Of a DNA stretch of 60,114 nt, positions 12,421-26,869 are shown piece after piece. The first letter of the stretch is position 1; each line of letters opens with the position of its first letter. The position numbers and the translations under genes were made by a program. The stretch covers positions 1-60,114 of the forward strand of contig NMRA01001071.1 in the NCBI GenBank assembly GCA_002633005.1, in the 5' to 3' direction. Source of the stretch: Phoronis australis. Lineage: Eukaryota; Animalia; Phoronida. Below the pieces are notes generated by a model, which made no database searches, had not been told where the DNA came from, and saw only the letters and a program-made list of their open reading frames with translations.

Positions 12421-13301
12421 GATTATTTCGACATTGCTAGCGAACCAGTATCAAGCTTGCAAACAATAGAAGTCTAGTCGTATTTTCAACGAAGTTTGTG
12501 AAAACGAAGGGCTGCTACCGAACTATGCTCTACGTATGTTGATGTCTAGATTCAAAGTTGAGTTTCTATCCGTGGTCGTTGCCATCATATCTGTTAACGA
12601 GTTCTTCAAAAACATCAGCAACTTCTATTTTTGGGTTCGTATGTTACATTTGAAGCCCTACTCTTCCTATTTCTCACCCATCCCTCGCATGCTAGGTCTC
12701 TCCTTGCCACCCGAAGGCGGTGCTTCCCAATGCATGAGCAATTTGGAATTATTTTTCTACCTTCATAGACAAACTAATTAATTCCCAACAGCCAGTTTTA
12801 TTTCATATTGAAGGTACAATTAAACCTAATTTAAAGGTGGGTGCTATAAGACATGTTTCCAGGGACTGGTTTCTAAAAAAATTGACTTGTCTGAGATTAG
12901 CCTTAAATTTCAGTCAATTTTACCATAAAACGTGGATTTGTCTCTAGCCAGTTTCAAGAAAGAAGTCTTAAGTTTGATTTAAGCTTTTGACTTTTAAGTT
13001 TTGTTTCAATTTTTGCTATCTTAACCTATGTGGAAGTTTGCAAGTTGATACAAATCTTCGACTTAATTTAAAAGTGTATTGAAATCAATGCTGGTCGCTT
13101 TTGACGCAAATCCCCAGAATCTGTATACCGTTTCAACGGAAACACCTGTTCTTTCGGCAATAGCCTTAATTACATTTTTCATCACACGCCAATGTCTTTC
13201 CATTGTCCTCCTTCGAAATAGTTGCGCGCCGACGGCTGAAACGAAACGTAACGCCGCCAGGGTCAATAGCTTAATTTTACAAACGACATGAATAGGGAGA
13301 T

Positions 13302-15594
13302 TTTTTTGATTTTTTTAAATACGTTTATTTACCCAGAAAGCACATCATTAATGAATAGTAGATACGGCTTGGGTTGGGTAGCCCCAACTACGTATATTTG
13401 CAACTTACTAGAGTATAATACATCATATTAATTGAACAAATTAAGTATTTTGAAAATACTCCTAATGATTGGGCGAATAATTAACCGAGAATAATGTAAA
13501 AAGGGGGGGGGGGAGGAACGCGAAGGGGAAGGACTTTCATACACTCATTCACACTCACATTCACACAGTTTAATTAACTAATATGTTTACATTTGCGTAG
13601 GTGCATATTCATGAAAAGGTAAATTTTCTTGTAATACAACAGAAGTGGTTAAAAAATAACACCATATATTGTTTGAATCATTTTAAAAAGATGCCTGCAA
13701 AACCCTCCACTGTTCTGAAGTTTTATCCGTGGCATTAAATACAATGAGGTTCACTGCGTCAAAAAGTATAAATCTAAACTTATTAAAACAAGGTTGAGAC
13801 CCATCTCTCGATGATGTATAAATATAATGTTGGGCATGAGTGTATATGGTATTGAAGATTTCACTTAGATTGCCAAAGAAGCAAACTAAGAAGTGGTACA
13901 TAGATGGCTCAGTGTGTAAATTAAAAACTTTACTTATGAAATGAGGCAAAAAACATATGCTGAAAAGTCTGGACTTCGCCAGAGTAGGGGCATTGGTCTG
14001 TTTGTGAAATACCAATTATTTTTAACATTTTGTTTGTATAAATTCTTTTGTGAATGAAAAGGTATTTAAACATTGTCAAATGAGGGTTTATGGGTAGATT
14101 GAAAGGGAGATTATATATTTCTTTAATTTCGGCGTCTGTGTAATAGTTGAGTAAAAACGCATAGTTATCTGGTTTTACAGAAAACTTGTGAATAAATGTG
14201 TTTTGATCCATGAATTAGAACTATTGAAGAATAAAAATGTAATGTTACTACAACTAGCAATCCTTCTATCCGACACACTCAGAACTTTCTTCAAGGTCGT
14301 TGTAGTGGAAGAAAATGGTATGATAGACGTATCCTTTAAGTTAATGCTTTCCCATTTAAGAAGTTTGTTCTGGCTATCTAAAAAATCTTCACATAATATG
14401 AGGCCTGCATTCTGCAGATCTTGGTAAAATAATGATTTACCGTTAACAGTTAAGTTACAATTGTTCCATATCACTTGTTTGGCTATTGGTACTTCATTAA
14501 AATTTCAGGATTAAGAATATCCAAGGTTGTGAAAAAATCTTTCTAAAAAGGGTTTTTAATTTCGCATTTTAGGGTTTTCAGTTGAAAATTAGATGAAAAA
14601 ATGAGGACACCGCCAATACGACTGAAAAGATGCCTCGGGTATATCTTCCAACTTGACTCATCCTCTGTATTAAAACGCTTGACCCAATTAAATAATAAAT
14701 TTAACATGATCAGTTCCATGTTAGGATATTTCAAACCACCCTCTTGATATGGCGAAATAGTTACGGTTTCTTTAATTTTTGGTGGTTTATTTAACCAAAT
14801 AAATTCTCTGATAAGTTTATTAATTTCACGAATTATTTTTTTTGGTGATACCCACAGTTGACACCCCATGAATGAGTTTCGATAAACCCAAAGTTTTCGT
14901 AAGGAAGATTCTGCCTTTTATGGACAAATTTCGTATTTTCCAAATATTAAACAGGTTTTTAAGCTTTTGAATTTTATCATCAATATTGAGTTTTTCAGCG
15001 TCATCCACTTTTCCGCCAAAGAATACTCCTAGACTTTTAATGGGCTTTTGAGGCCAGCTGATTCCGTAAAGTGGTTTACGATTTCGGTGCATTGTTGAGG
15101 CAAACATCCCTTGGCATTTTTCATAATTCAAATGGAGTCCAGATAATGTTCCAAAATAATCTAAAAATCTAAAACAGTTATTGCCAGATTCTACATCTTT
15201 AATGAAAAGAACTGTATCGTCTGCATACTGTGCAATTTTGATTTCGTGATTGGCTATTGTGAAGCCTCTAATTAATTCATTGCTTCTGATATGATGTGCA
15301 TAACTTCCGCACACAGGACGAACAGCGGACTTGATAGTTGGTCTCCTTGTCGGAGGCCTTTCTCTATGTTAAAATACTGTGATGCAAATCCGTTGTTCAA
15401 CACACATGACGAAATTCCAGAATGCAATGTACGGATTCTATTGATAAAAACGTCACTAAAATCAAAAGCTTTTAAGGACTGAAATAAAAAACTCCCATTT
15501 TACAGTATCGTACGCTTTCTTGAAATCCAGGAATACAATGTGACAGAGGGTGTGCTTTTCTTTATAAACTTCAACCATATCGTCAATTACACGC
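13302..15594 (-). mobile_element. 5'-truncated L1/Tx1-clade LINE (ORF2 RT and C-terminus, frameshifted)
   Basis: Motifs FLDFKKAYDTV, GLRQGD, IKIAQYADDTVLF, IKSLGV and FIWLNKPPKI..EGGL. A-rich 3' end with AATAAA near 13302-13330. 10-bp TSD atagggagat at 13292-13301 and 15595-15604. Confidence 0.92.
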
Positions 15595-16129
15595 ATAGGG
15601 AGATAACTTGATAAACATTATACCAAGATGATGTATAGTTCATAGAATGAAAGAATTATGCGGTAAAGGAGTCTTATTATTGGTCATAGAGGACACGTAT
15701 TTCCATGTATATCCATTTTGTACGATCCTACGCGCAGTTTAACATAGATATTATATCACTGTTAGAAAATTGCTCAATTTTGCATGGGCTTCGCACCACA
15801 AGGGGTGAGATTGGGGGGAGGGGGCTTTAGCCCTATTTTTTCAGTGCTGTGCTGCCCATGTTTTGACCAACTTCGGAGCATGTGGTAGAAACGGCTGATG
15901 GGACGCATACGAAACTTCACAAACTATGAATCACACAAGTCCGAATGCTTGTCAAACGTTTCACTTTTGCGTGAGGGTTTATCTAAAAGACGAATGTTAC
16001 AGTTTTTACGGAAAAACTCATAAGTTCTTTCAAACGAAAATGATATGGCAATTTAAGAAATTGCACCAGCGTTTCTTAATAATAAATCTTGAACACTTAT
16101 GTCAAATAAAATTGGGTCGTGTTCTTGAT

Positions 16130-17705
16130 CACGTTATTTTTCTATCAATGCACCTTTCGTTTTTTGTTAAACTGAATAGATGCGTGGTCTCGTGACCCAA
16201 TTAATGCCGAATTGTTTAAAGTCAAAAATCTTCATGCCTTCAACATTAAAATTAATAAATATAACTTTTACTGAATTAAAATCTGTATTTATTCAGGAAG
16301 TTGGCTACATACACAGAGTTGACTATAAAAAGGACATTGAACCTTGATAGTTAAACTATAGTCACGCGTAGAAGTTTTCGTCAACTTCCAAAACATTGGA
16401 TCAACTTAACGCACACGTACACACANATATATATATATGTGTATATTAATGTAAGAGCTGGCCATGAAGGGTAATTATAATTACATGAAATATGGAGATT
16501 ACATCCCACTAATATGTTGATAGTATCTACCACTAAGTGTGCAATATTACGATATGCATTATTTGGTATATGCTAAAAGGATTCCTTTGTTTCCGAGAAT
16601 GAACATACCTGGCTCTGAACATATGCAGTACTTTATCTTGTAACTGTATAAATGAGAGAATGAAAAAATCCAATTAGTTTAGTAAGTGAAGTTGTTCTTA
16701 ATCAGTCAGGATAACAATTATGTCATGATTACTTAAACCCTATAATCAGCAGAATACCTGCATCAAAACTACCAAAGCAATATACGCACAAACATTCTAA
16801 GCGTTTATTATTTAAAATTAAAGTAGATATTCTACGTCCCGTGGTGAAAATGTTTTAGGTGTCTATTCCAGTAAGCCGTAATTCCATTTCTCAGACCAGG
16901 ACGGATCGAGGAATTGGCTTCACGCCCCACGCAAGTCTAATAAGGTAAAAGCCAAAGTCACGTCAAGCCCGGATAGATCAATCAAGCGGCAATGAATTTT
17001 CCTGTTGAAGCAATCAAATGAACTCCATTCAGTCCATGATGTCATGTTGTGAAATTAGGAAAGGTAACTCGCTGCATCTAATTGAGAACCAAAACATTAA
17101 CAGAAACAGTTTCAAAGATTGAGTTGCAAGGGACTTAAGGGGGTAGGGGCAAGTCATTGAGCCGTGGATGCACATGAAGTCCTTGCTGTTTAGTGTGAAA
17201 TAGTTTTATTACCCATGTTAGCGTGTATACTCACGGCAGCTTCTCATGGCAAAATCATTCAAGTCAAATTAGTTTGGCCAAACTGGAAAGGATACACCGT
17301 GGGGACTGTTTTCGCTTATGTTCAAGGTTGCGTTGCGTAGATGCAAGAACCTCGCGAAAACGCAAAATATTGTCATGCAATTCAACCAAAACACGTGACC
17401 ACAATGCAAGCGAAGAACGTGGTCACGTTACTTTCATTCGCAAAATTCTTCACCTACGGAACACAACCTTGCCAAACAGCATCCTTTGTTGCGCAAGAAT
17501 AGTTTTGAATGGACTAATTACAATACGTAATGATTGCAATTTGATTTCAGCAGGAGCACAAACATTAGTGTAGGTTCAGAAATTAACGTTTTCTCATAGC
17601 CTTTGGCGAGCAAAATACCAATCGGTTATGCGACCATCTTCAACATATATGTCCTCACGAGTGATTATGGAGGGACTTAGAAAAATGTCTTGGAACATCG
17701 TAACT
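16130..17705. repeat. Old segmental duplication, paralogous to ~48200-49660
   Basis: Collinear shared blocks such as atttggtatatgctaaa, gtttccgag, ctccattcagtcc, gatgcacatgaa, cacctacggaac and cttagaaaaatgt. Confidence 0.85.
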
Positions 17706-18570
17706 GGCTTATCACTTTCACACGATACTTTGAAAGTTCTCCAACTTGTTTCGACTCATTTCATACACGAACGCAACGTGTCTAATTAAGGATTCGAAGT
17801 TATCGGCTTTGCAGGTATTAATTAATCAAATGTGCGCACTGCTACGTCATAGAGATTGTAATGAGCCAATGAGAGACTGCGTTGGGACCTGCGTGCAGGG
17901 AGCTATGAGCGTTTGTGATAGGCAATGTATGGGGAGACTTGTACTAGTTGAAGGAAGTAGTGCTGGTGAATGAGGACAGGTGTTAATCACTTCAATCCAC
18001 AGTGGTGACACCTGCACACCATTCCATCATGCCACGTTACAAAAACTGAATACAGCGACTGGCCAGCAACATCATGGTAGCAAAATCGAATATACCACGG
18101 AACAAATAACACCGGCATCTCTTGCTAAAATGCCGTTCCCAGTTATTCCAAATATAATTTTAAAAAAGGAAAGACACAAAATTTCTTGACAATATTTCGG
18201 TGATCTTGGTCAGTACTCAAGCAGTCGTGTGAGTTACTTGCTGCATTCTAAGGTGTTAAAAGTATTACGTACATGTACATCAAACCCCGCCCTTCCTGCC
18301 GTTCTTCTTAACCTCGAATTGTGTGGAGCAGGGCTTACATTTCACAAAAAAATGTCATTAAAAGTATGAGCGTGAAAAACCGTAAACTGTCGAGCATTTC
18401 GTACACCAAAGAATCTGGCAAAAACGCAAGATCACGCGGGAGAGATACGGCCATTTATTTCAAATTAAACACGTGGTCACTCTTGCTTCCTTCGCGAGAA
18501 TCACGGTCTTGTCTACCGAACTGGACCTGGTCAGGTGCTTTTATAGAGCTCTTTCAAAACGGTACTTTAC

Positions 18571-18682
18571 CTGAAGATAGTGACAACCTTCGGGACAACT
18601 TCTATACCTCTTGCAATTGGACATTTTCCAATGTAATACCAAGTTTTACTGCCGTTGTACGTCCTGTATCCAGCGTCTCTAC
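18571..18682 (-). CDS. Putative 112-bp coding exon of an unidentified gene (paralogue A)
   Basis: ttttcag|exon|gtaaag, encoding (G)RDAGYRTYNGSKTWYYIGKCPIARGIEVVPKVVTIF. Same length and splice sites as 58602-58713, with six synonymous codon differences in this frame. Confidence 0.6.
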
Positions 18683-20060
18683 CTGAAAACGAATTGTTGG
18701 AGTCAGCTTCGTAACAGTTGGTCACAAAACATGAACATTTGTTGTGCAAGAGTGGAGGTGTTTCAAACATGTATTTGCAGATGTGTGAACTTCAGTCAAA
18801 TTCTAGGTCATCAGTGAGGCAATGATTGGTCGTATGGCTGAAAGTCGTACATGCACATGAAACCCATCGGGGGACATCCGAGACACCTAAGATATTTTCG
18901 TACCCTCAAATTTTCCCTCGGAAGTGCACGTTATCTGTGCAAGTGCAGTCGTCAGTCACACGGCAAATCGTACGACTTTCGAACTGAAGAATTAGTGGCC
19001 CCATGGCTGAAGGTTGCACCTGCGCATATAACGTTCAACCTCAAGCTTACGAAAATAACAGAGGTGTTCCAGATGCCCACACAAATCAAATCGTCGTGTG
19101 TCAATGATTGTAGCAACGTGTCTCCCGGTATGATATTTCACCGGGAAGGAGCTAAGCCACTGCGCATGCATATAGCATGCTCATGTTTAGCATGATATGC
19201 GCTTAATCGACCTCTTAATAAAACTTTTTATCCCATACGCGTTGAATCAGTCGAGGAAAATACGGCCATGTAATAAAGTTTTCCGTATTCACCTCCCGCA
19301 CTACTTCAACAATGACCTCTGACATGAAAAGTTCAAAAGGTAGGTCAATGTTGAATCGACGTCGTTAGCCGGTTTGATCACCAAACTTTCGGAAAAAATT
19401 AAAGTAGTACCATCATAGCAGTGTAAATAATACTCAACATACAATCGGGTTTCAATCTTAACATCTGGAACAGGACTGTTTATCGTATGACAGTTCTGTC
19501 TCAGTTTCCATTTGCTAAATATTTTATCGTCTGCAACTCAGGCGCCGATTCCTCGGTAACTACAATTTCAAATATTGTTCTTAACTGTTTTCAGGAGATG
19601 TTACAAGTTAATTCAAAAGTTACCCTTGTTTTCATCTTTGTTATATCTTTTCAAGAAATAAATCGTCACATTTAAAACTGTTTCTGTTACTAGAGAAAAC
19701 TTGCAACCTAACGCGCAAGTGCATACATATAGGATGTGATCCGCCACGTGAACAGTCTTGGTGAAGTATTTAAAAAAATCTGCGGAAAAAACGAAAGAAA
19801 CTTAGGAATTCGAAGCGTTTGGGAAAAATACGAAACGTACCTCGATTGGCGTAGATGAAGTAATATCCCACTCGACATTATTTCGCGTATCGACCTGGAC
19901 CTTCAGTCTCGCAACTCTCGGTACGTTTTGTGTATTTATCTGAACTATAACTAGTCACGTAGTAAGTCAGAAGAAGCTAGCTCAGTTCTGTTCTGAAGCA
20001 ACAACGTCAATAAAGCAGCTCCGCTAAATTAACTATCCACATAAGCATGGGTGCAAATAC

Positions 20061-20225
20061 CAATACACGCTGACCTGTGGTGTCTGATACGGAGGACGTG
20101 CACAAGTAGGATTGTTATTGATGTTTGCCTTAATTTGCATAAGTTATGCACATTCGCGATGTATCCACCTCCAAAGTAGCTCCATAGAGACATGGGTGAA
20201 ACCTCTAAATAATCTATCTGCAGTG
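20061..20225 (-). CDS. Putative coding exon 2 of the secreted-protein gene (paralogue A)
   Basis: tttcctccccaag acceptor and G|GTATTT donor give 165 bp, phase 1-1, open: (S)LQIDYLEVSPMSLWSYFGGGYIANVHNLCKLRQTSITILLVHVLRIRHHRSACI. Confidence 0.4.
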
Positions 20226-20661
20226 CTTGGGGAGGAAACTATAAGCATAAATATAATTTTACATAATGGCGTCACGGTCTGAATATTAAAAATGCTTAAG
20301 GATCATGGTGTGGGGTGCGCATAGACAGGAAACAATTAAAAATCTTATGCTACTGAGAAATTCTAGATACTCATTTCCGGCTGCCGGACTAATTATGATT
20401 TACGTGTATGGCATTTCTTCGAAATATCTCATTGTGTGAAGCCTATGCGTTATTTGTTTATTTCCAAAGTCATTGCATCCCGTCTTTAGAAAAACTTGTG
20501 GTGGCAGAATTTTTTTATAAATGTTGGATTGGAATAATTAGGCAACAGCTGTACACAGAATTTTGTTGATCACACAACAGTAATATCGTTAAAAATAATT
20601 AATCGTGAACATTGTCGTAGGCGCAGTAAATATTGGATTTGTAATTAAGTTAAATACTTAC

Positions 20662-20755
20662 ACGGGTGACTGGCGTACACACTTTGTGCGTCCTGACAAG
20701 CGAAGGTCAATGCAGCTAATATTACAGCTAAGCCTCCCATAAACATCGACGCCAT
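20662..20755 (-). CDS. Putative first coding exon with signal peptide (paralogue A)
   Basis: Start context aacaATGG, peptide MASMFMGGLAVILAALTFACQDAQSVYASHP with a hydrophobic core and AxS-type cleavage site, then a strong phase-1 donor GTAAGT. Confidence 0.7.
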
Positions 20756-20790
20756 TGTTCAAGTTTTCAGTACTTTCTGCATAGGGTTCT

Positions 20791-20856
20791 ACATATATAT
20801 GTATACACGCATACACACACACGCACGCACACACACACACGCACACACACATGTAT

Positions 20857-20890
<34 letters not shown>

Positions 20891-20901
20891 ATATATATAT
20901 A
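20791..20901. repeat. (TA)n/(CA)n microsatellite
   Basis: Direct inspection. Homolog at 46959-47060. Confidence 0.95.
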
Positions 20902-20966
20902 CTAAGAGAACTATACAGATCCGGGGCATTTTTATATATGAGACCTTTACTGTGGGGTTGCAAAAA

Positions 20967-23900
20967 ATTGTGGGGTATATATAATGCCCCACAATTTCAG
21001 ACCTATCAGAAACTGCTCTTTGGTATGCACAGTGCCTCCACGTGTATTCTCTCAACAACTTGGTTTCATCACCACATCCTATATATAACTCTGTACAGTC
21101 TCTCCCAAAAGATGTCACTGTTATTATGATTGTCCTGCTACAGAGTGCCATATGTGACCTACATTGGTATATTGTTATGTAATGGCCATGGAGATACTTG
21201 ACCTAACACTGCAACAAGCGTCTGAGGTTTTGATTTTAGTGTTAATGGAGTTGGGGTTGAACGTCCGTTTTAGAGTTTGAGTTGAGACAAGTTTTACTTC
21301 ATTTTATTTGAAACAAGAATGTTTGTGTGGAAGATGGTACATTCCAGATCTAAGTCTATGGTACATCCGATATCTAAGGCTATGGTAAGTCTTTCAAATT
21401 CCTTAATATTTTGATTATTAAAGTAATTGCAAATTCAGTGGTGATTATGGATGGCTAACATGCTTTTAATAGAGTCCTAGGAACTATTTCTAATGCAGAT
21501 GATGCGACCAAATACTCGCATCTGTCCCTCCTAAAATATTTCAAAATCTAACCACCCCCTTAGTATTATGAGCTGAATAAATCCTTTTACTTTAAAAACT
21601 CCAGAGAGTTGTAGATTTCTATGCTTAAAATCTCTGAGAAGAATTGCACTTCGTAAGATTTTTCAGATTCACTGTGAAATGGTGCCTTTTCTGAGAGAAT
21701 TCCGTACAAATTGGTGTCTTTTCAGTACCGATTTTTCTAAGAAAAACGTCCATTTTGTGGACTGGAACGCTACAAAAGTCCCTCTAAGATGGAACTCCTC
21801 GATCAAATAAATAAGCAATAACTGTACATGTTACAAATTCTAACAAGAAGTAGATACTGGAAAAGCAAATGTACATGCTAGCATTTACACTAAAACATAT
21901 CGTGAGGCAATTGTGTAAAATCTTTCTTAAAACTTTCGCAGTTTGGTCCGGTTCAGTCCTAAATGTCAACCAAACACTTTTCCTTAAAAAATATTTTACA
22001 CTTCAAACAAGCCTGGAAAATTAGTGACCAAAGGTATAGATATGCTGTGTTGTTTGCCTGTTCTTTAAATGTGAGTTTTTACTTAATGTAGCAAGAAACA
22101 GTGATTCGTACATGTTTTGACATTGATTCAATGTGAGTGATCTAGTATCAACCTTAGATCTTTTTTAACTCTTAAATGAGCCCTTGGAAATCAGTGACTG
22201 AAATCTCAAACTTAAAATGGGAAAATCCAGGGTAAAATAATTTACTGAAGTTATTTTGTCTAAGTTTCCAAAATATACCGGTTCTCAAATATTTACTAAC
22301 CAAGTGCCTAGAATGTGTAATCACTTAACATATTTTCTGTTGTCATTAAAATGAGGGCACAAACACCAGACCAGACCATGTGAAAAAATACTTTAAAATA
22401 TCTTTGAATTATCTTAGTAACTTTGATGTCTGCTTAAATGACTCAACAAGGGATGGAGTGGTCCAAAGGGTCTGTGTATCGATTGGTCGAGTCAATAGTC
22501 TGACAGTGCTGTAGTGGGGCGTAGGTGCATGTAGGCGCAGCCAACTACCTTTTTGCTGTTCAACATAGCGCCTACCCACCGGGAGTTATGGTATACGTGG
22601 GACGCACTAGCAGCCAACCACCTTCTTACATTTTATCGAAGCAACCACCTTTTTAATTTAACGTACATGTAGCATCTACGAGCCGTAAGTGACGGTATAG
22701 TGGGGCGTAGTCTCAATACGATAACATACGCCATCAATGCGCTACGCCGATGATAGCATCATTGATGAACTTTTCGGCGCGCGTGCAACTACCAGGCATA
22801 CATGTATGGTCGCCGAGTAATGGAATTTTTATTAATATTTCAAGATAAAGAAATAGTTATGGTGTCACGTCCATAGGTGAATAAAGAGGGGGGGAGGGGT
22901 GGCGAAGGGCCCTGAGGACACACCCCACGGGCGACTGAAAGTCGCTGCCAGCTTATCGTTTCTGGGCGTTACGTTCTTATTTTCCTTTATAATTGTGCTT
23001 GGGCCCCCTTCAGAGACCACTTGGAATGCACGCGAACCTTTGCTTTTGAAAATGTGCTGTTTGACCCTTTTTCTCCTACATCTAAGATCCGCCACTGCAG
23101 ACTCTATGTAAATACCTACTCATGAGTCAAAATATATGCCCACATGTTTGTGAGTTAGGTTTTGCGAGTTCATTGCACTTTTAAATTCAGCGCTCAAAGC
23201 GACACGAAAGACTTTGGGTGCCTACTTACCTCTTATTTTATCACTACAGCACTATAAAATTAAGGGGAATTTTATCTGTCGTTACCAACTCAGTAGTTAC
23301 CTAGAATATTTTGCAACATCAAACTAAGTATTCGTATCTTGTTCAGGTTGTTTTTCATTGAATAACCACAATTTCACGAAAGAGAGCTTTGCCTGCTTTA
23401 CAGAGCTCTACGGAATTTTGAAACATGGATAAAATGGTGTAAAATTAACCGAAATCCTGAAGACATTTAACTCCGTAGATTACGGAATAATGTAAAAAAA
23501 CTATTAAGAAGTTTTCTATTCCGACTATTGACTCTTCGGGCTATAGATCCTACTGTTTTCGGACTAAAGACCCTTTGGACTATAGACAGCATTTCATTTC
23601 TATTGACAGTTTTGATTTTTTCCAGATGAGAATGTTGTAACCCCTTTCAGTTCAAGTGACAAAGACACAGATGAAGATAGAAGTTGGTGCTTGTTTTCTG
23701 AGAGTAAGGAAACATGCAACTTCACATGGGTGAGATGAGAAGGGGTGTGAGTTTCATATAAATGAAGTATTATGGGAAATATAGATATACATTTTCTTAG
23801 ATTCTACACATTTCTGCAAGGTTTCCGCTATTTTATTTTTTAAACTCATGAGTGCGAGGTCATAATTAATGGCTACTTTGATTTTAATTCGTTCATAAGG

Positions 23901-26836
23901 TAACTATAGAGACATTTTGATCCTTATTCCATCAGCATAGAGCCTCTTTTTCAGACATACATCAACGAGCATATTGCACATTTCGTTATTTGCAACAGTT
24001 TTCTTCCTAACATATTTATTGTTAACTAGTTGAACCATTTAATGTAGCAGAATAACTTAAAAACTTTCAAACTCGTGTTAATGGAAATTTAGAAGACAGC
24101 TTTAAATAAGCCAAACAAATGAATGCAAATGTAAAGTTGCAGCATAGATCACTGCATTTATAATTTGTTTCAGATGAAGAAGCGATGGATGCCGTTTACG
24201 TCACAAGGTGTTCAGTTCTGCTAAAATAATCAAGAATTTTCTGATAGATCGTCTGAAAGGTATGTCACGTAATTAAAATTACTTGTTTTTCAAATTTCAT
24301 CACACAATATCTTTGTAAATTCAAAATTTATTTCTTGCTGATGTCAAACATATGGTAATACCATTTCAGTTATAGTTTCTATATTGTTTTGTGATGTCTA
24401 TACGAAATGTGCTGAGATGGGGTTGGTTGAAGGACCTTTGATAGTCTCTAGTGCAAAGGAACTTTCGTTCGAAGGACTGTCAGTCTGAAAGTGATCTGGG
24501 TTATGGCATTACAACAGAGCTTATAGAAGACTGCTGTTTTAGTACATTTAAGCACAATTAAGAATTATTATGAATGCAAATGATAACGACTTTGTTTTGA
24601 AGATGCACGCCTCTTTCGTCATTTTTCTTTTGTCATCCTATCACGGTCATGGCAATATGGTTACCTGGCACTCTTTCATGCCTGCTAATCAGGTTTACTG
24701 CAAGATGTAATGCTCAGTGGACCAATTAGACCAATGGCCCTTCCGACCAAAGACACTTCAGAAAATCAAAAGGAAGGCAGACTCGGTTTTGACTTATCAC
24801 CAAATACAAAAACATCTTTACTATCCAGGAACAAAATAACAGCCTGTAACTCTCGACAACTCTGAAAAGTTCGGGAAAATTTGACACTCTTCATAGTCAG
24901 TTAAACGGCCAAGCGCGACCTACGCCTTAGAGAATTTTATGGCAACTGTGTGAAAAGTCCACCCACCAAGGACCAAAATGCGAGATAGGGGTGCAAGTTT
25001 TTAGTAATTACAGCTCTTTCAAGATTGATCCCAATGATGCATGAGCAGATGACAGGAGCAGGATTGGTTGAAATCATTAAAAGATGGTTTAGTTTCCTTT
25101 TTAAGTGAAGTCAAATTTTCACAAACAAACAAAGCACAATTTTTCAGGTTAACACTCTTTAGAATAAAGGTCCTTTGGTCTTGAGACCAAAAACCTATAA
25201 AAAGGCCATTGCTCCTAAAACGTCTTTCCGACTAACTCCCCTTTGGACTATTAACCTGCAGGGATGCTAAAGGGGACACACCTAACAGATTTGAACTACA
25301 AAGAAATCACAAAAGTATTGTTATTATTATTATTATAATTGTTAATGTTATATTATTGTTTGTGTAAAATAGTGTATTTTAGTAAGAATGTAAGATCCGT
25401 GTCTATGGTCTAAAGCTCCAGTGTTACCTCCAATCCTTAGTGCGACAACAAAAATGGTTGCTCTAATGTGCAAACCTCATAGCTAAATACATGCTCCACT
25501 GATGACAAATAGTTCATCATGTGAACAAGACATACGCGTAAAGTATAACTAAAGATTCCATAACTAAATATATACCTCACAGGAATGATAGCTTTTGCAA
25601 TGTGTGCAAGGATACCTGCCAAATGATAATAGTTCTACTCTAAGTAAATTGTGAAAAGTGTAAAAAATGAAACTAAGTAGATACCTGTCAGGCCTAAGTT
25701 TAATAAAATGTGCAAAAAATGTCTGTAATTCCCTAAAATTAGGTCTTAGACACTAACAAAAGCTGTTTTATGAGAGCTTTCACAATGCATTTATTATAGA
25801 AAAGAACATCTTGCCCAACCTTCAAACTTTTATCATAGCAAAATGTGTGTTTAAAAACCTCAATTGTATTTTCAGGCGATACACTGAATTAATGTCAACA
25901 AGAGTATGAAGTCTGGAAACTTTTAAGATAAAGGAAAATTTTCCAAACTTTGCCATGATGCTGAGAGTGATGATGACTATAATACAGACTCCATGGAGGT
26001 GGGAAAAGAGTCATTGGGATCTGCTTGTGATGCCCAAAGTGATGATAGCAGGACATTTGATAATGGCGTAGCGAAGTAACCAGGATTTGTCCTTACTAGT
26101 GATAGTGAAAATGAATATTTCAATTATGTTTTTTGTGCTATATTGTGCCACCTTCGTTCCCTAGGGTCTTCATCATCACAATCATCACTTCAACCACAGC
26201 CTTTCAGAACATGAGTTTTGTTAATTAGACAAACAGGCAAATTTCATTGCAGTTTTTGCAGTTTAAACATCTTTAAAAATAACTGCTTTGAGTTATTGAG
26301 AATTGTAGTCACTATGTACAAGAAATTTTGTATGAAGAAGCAAACATCATTTAATCTAAAACTGTCAATTTTTTTTTAATTACATTTTTAGCAGTAATTG
26401 TTACTAAGATGGTCGGTGACTGGAAGTCTGCTAAGATGCGTAAGATGAAACTGTTTGTACATGCATATCAAAAGCATTGTTCCTATGGATGTATATATAT
26501 CCTCTATATTTGGTGCCCATTACTTGATTTTAAAGATAATTATGGTATTCATAGTCCACTATGTGCAAGATCAATAAATGATTAAATGTTCATCTGTGAG
26601 AGTTTTTGTTGGCGAATTAAGCAAAAATGTTATTCAAAATGGTGTCAACATATTTGTAGAAGTGTATTTTTATCAAAGGTATCAACTTACACCGTAGAGT
26701 CTGACACAGATAGCGTCATCTGCTCACATTTCAGAATAATAAACATATAAAAACATCATACAGTTCTAAGTTTGAAAGTGGTAAAATCTGTTGTGGACGC
26801 ATACATGTTATTAAAGGGGTCTTTGGAGGAGTGTAT
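20967..26836 (+). repeat. ~5.9-kb direct duplication, copy 1 (copy 2 = 27245-30134 plus 34922-36881)
   Basis: Collinear homology from attgtggggtatatataatgccccacaatttcag to ggacgcatac..gagtgtat. Copy 1 has an extra ~22500-23260 segment. Confidence 0.95.
23626..26079 (+). pseudogene. Decayed multi-exon fragment of an acidic protein, copy 1 (exons ~23626-23676, 24174-24259, 25876-26079)
   Basis: Pyrimidine-rich CAG acceptors. Peptides DENVVTPFSSSDKDTDE, GCRLRHKVFSSAKIIKNFLIDRLK (donor gtatgt) and KGKFSKLCHDAESDDDYNTDSMEVGKESLGSACDAQSDD, with stops and frameshifts. Confidence 0.5.
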
Positions 26837-26869
26837 TTTGGCACATAAAGACTTTAACCGAATGTGACA

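Larger units (their letters stand above)
19983..20860. repeat. Recent segmental duplication, paralogous to 46167-47058
   Basis: Near-continuous high identity from agttctgttctgaagc to the TA/CA microsatellite. Confidence 0.95.

Noticed and set aside
13683-15482. Active LINE or host RT gene
   Set aside because: ORF2 is broken into several frames and is 5'-truncated, with no endonuclease or ORF1.
17450-17680. Defined terminal exon shared with 49425-49635
   Set aside because: The region is conserved, but the substitution pattern does not pick out one reading frame and indels and stops disrupt the alignment. It is left uncalled.
18321-18686. Plus-strand ORF conserved with 58565-58747 (NGTLP..DNFYTSCNW)
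   Set aside because: Differences fall mostly at plus-strand first codon positions, which are minus-strand third positions, and the splice sites fit the minus strand. It is an antisense shadow.
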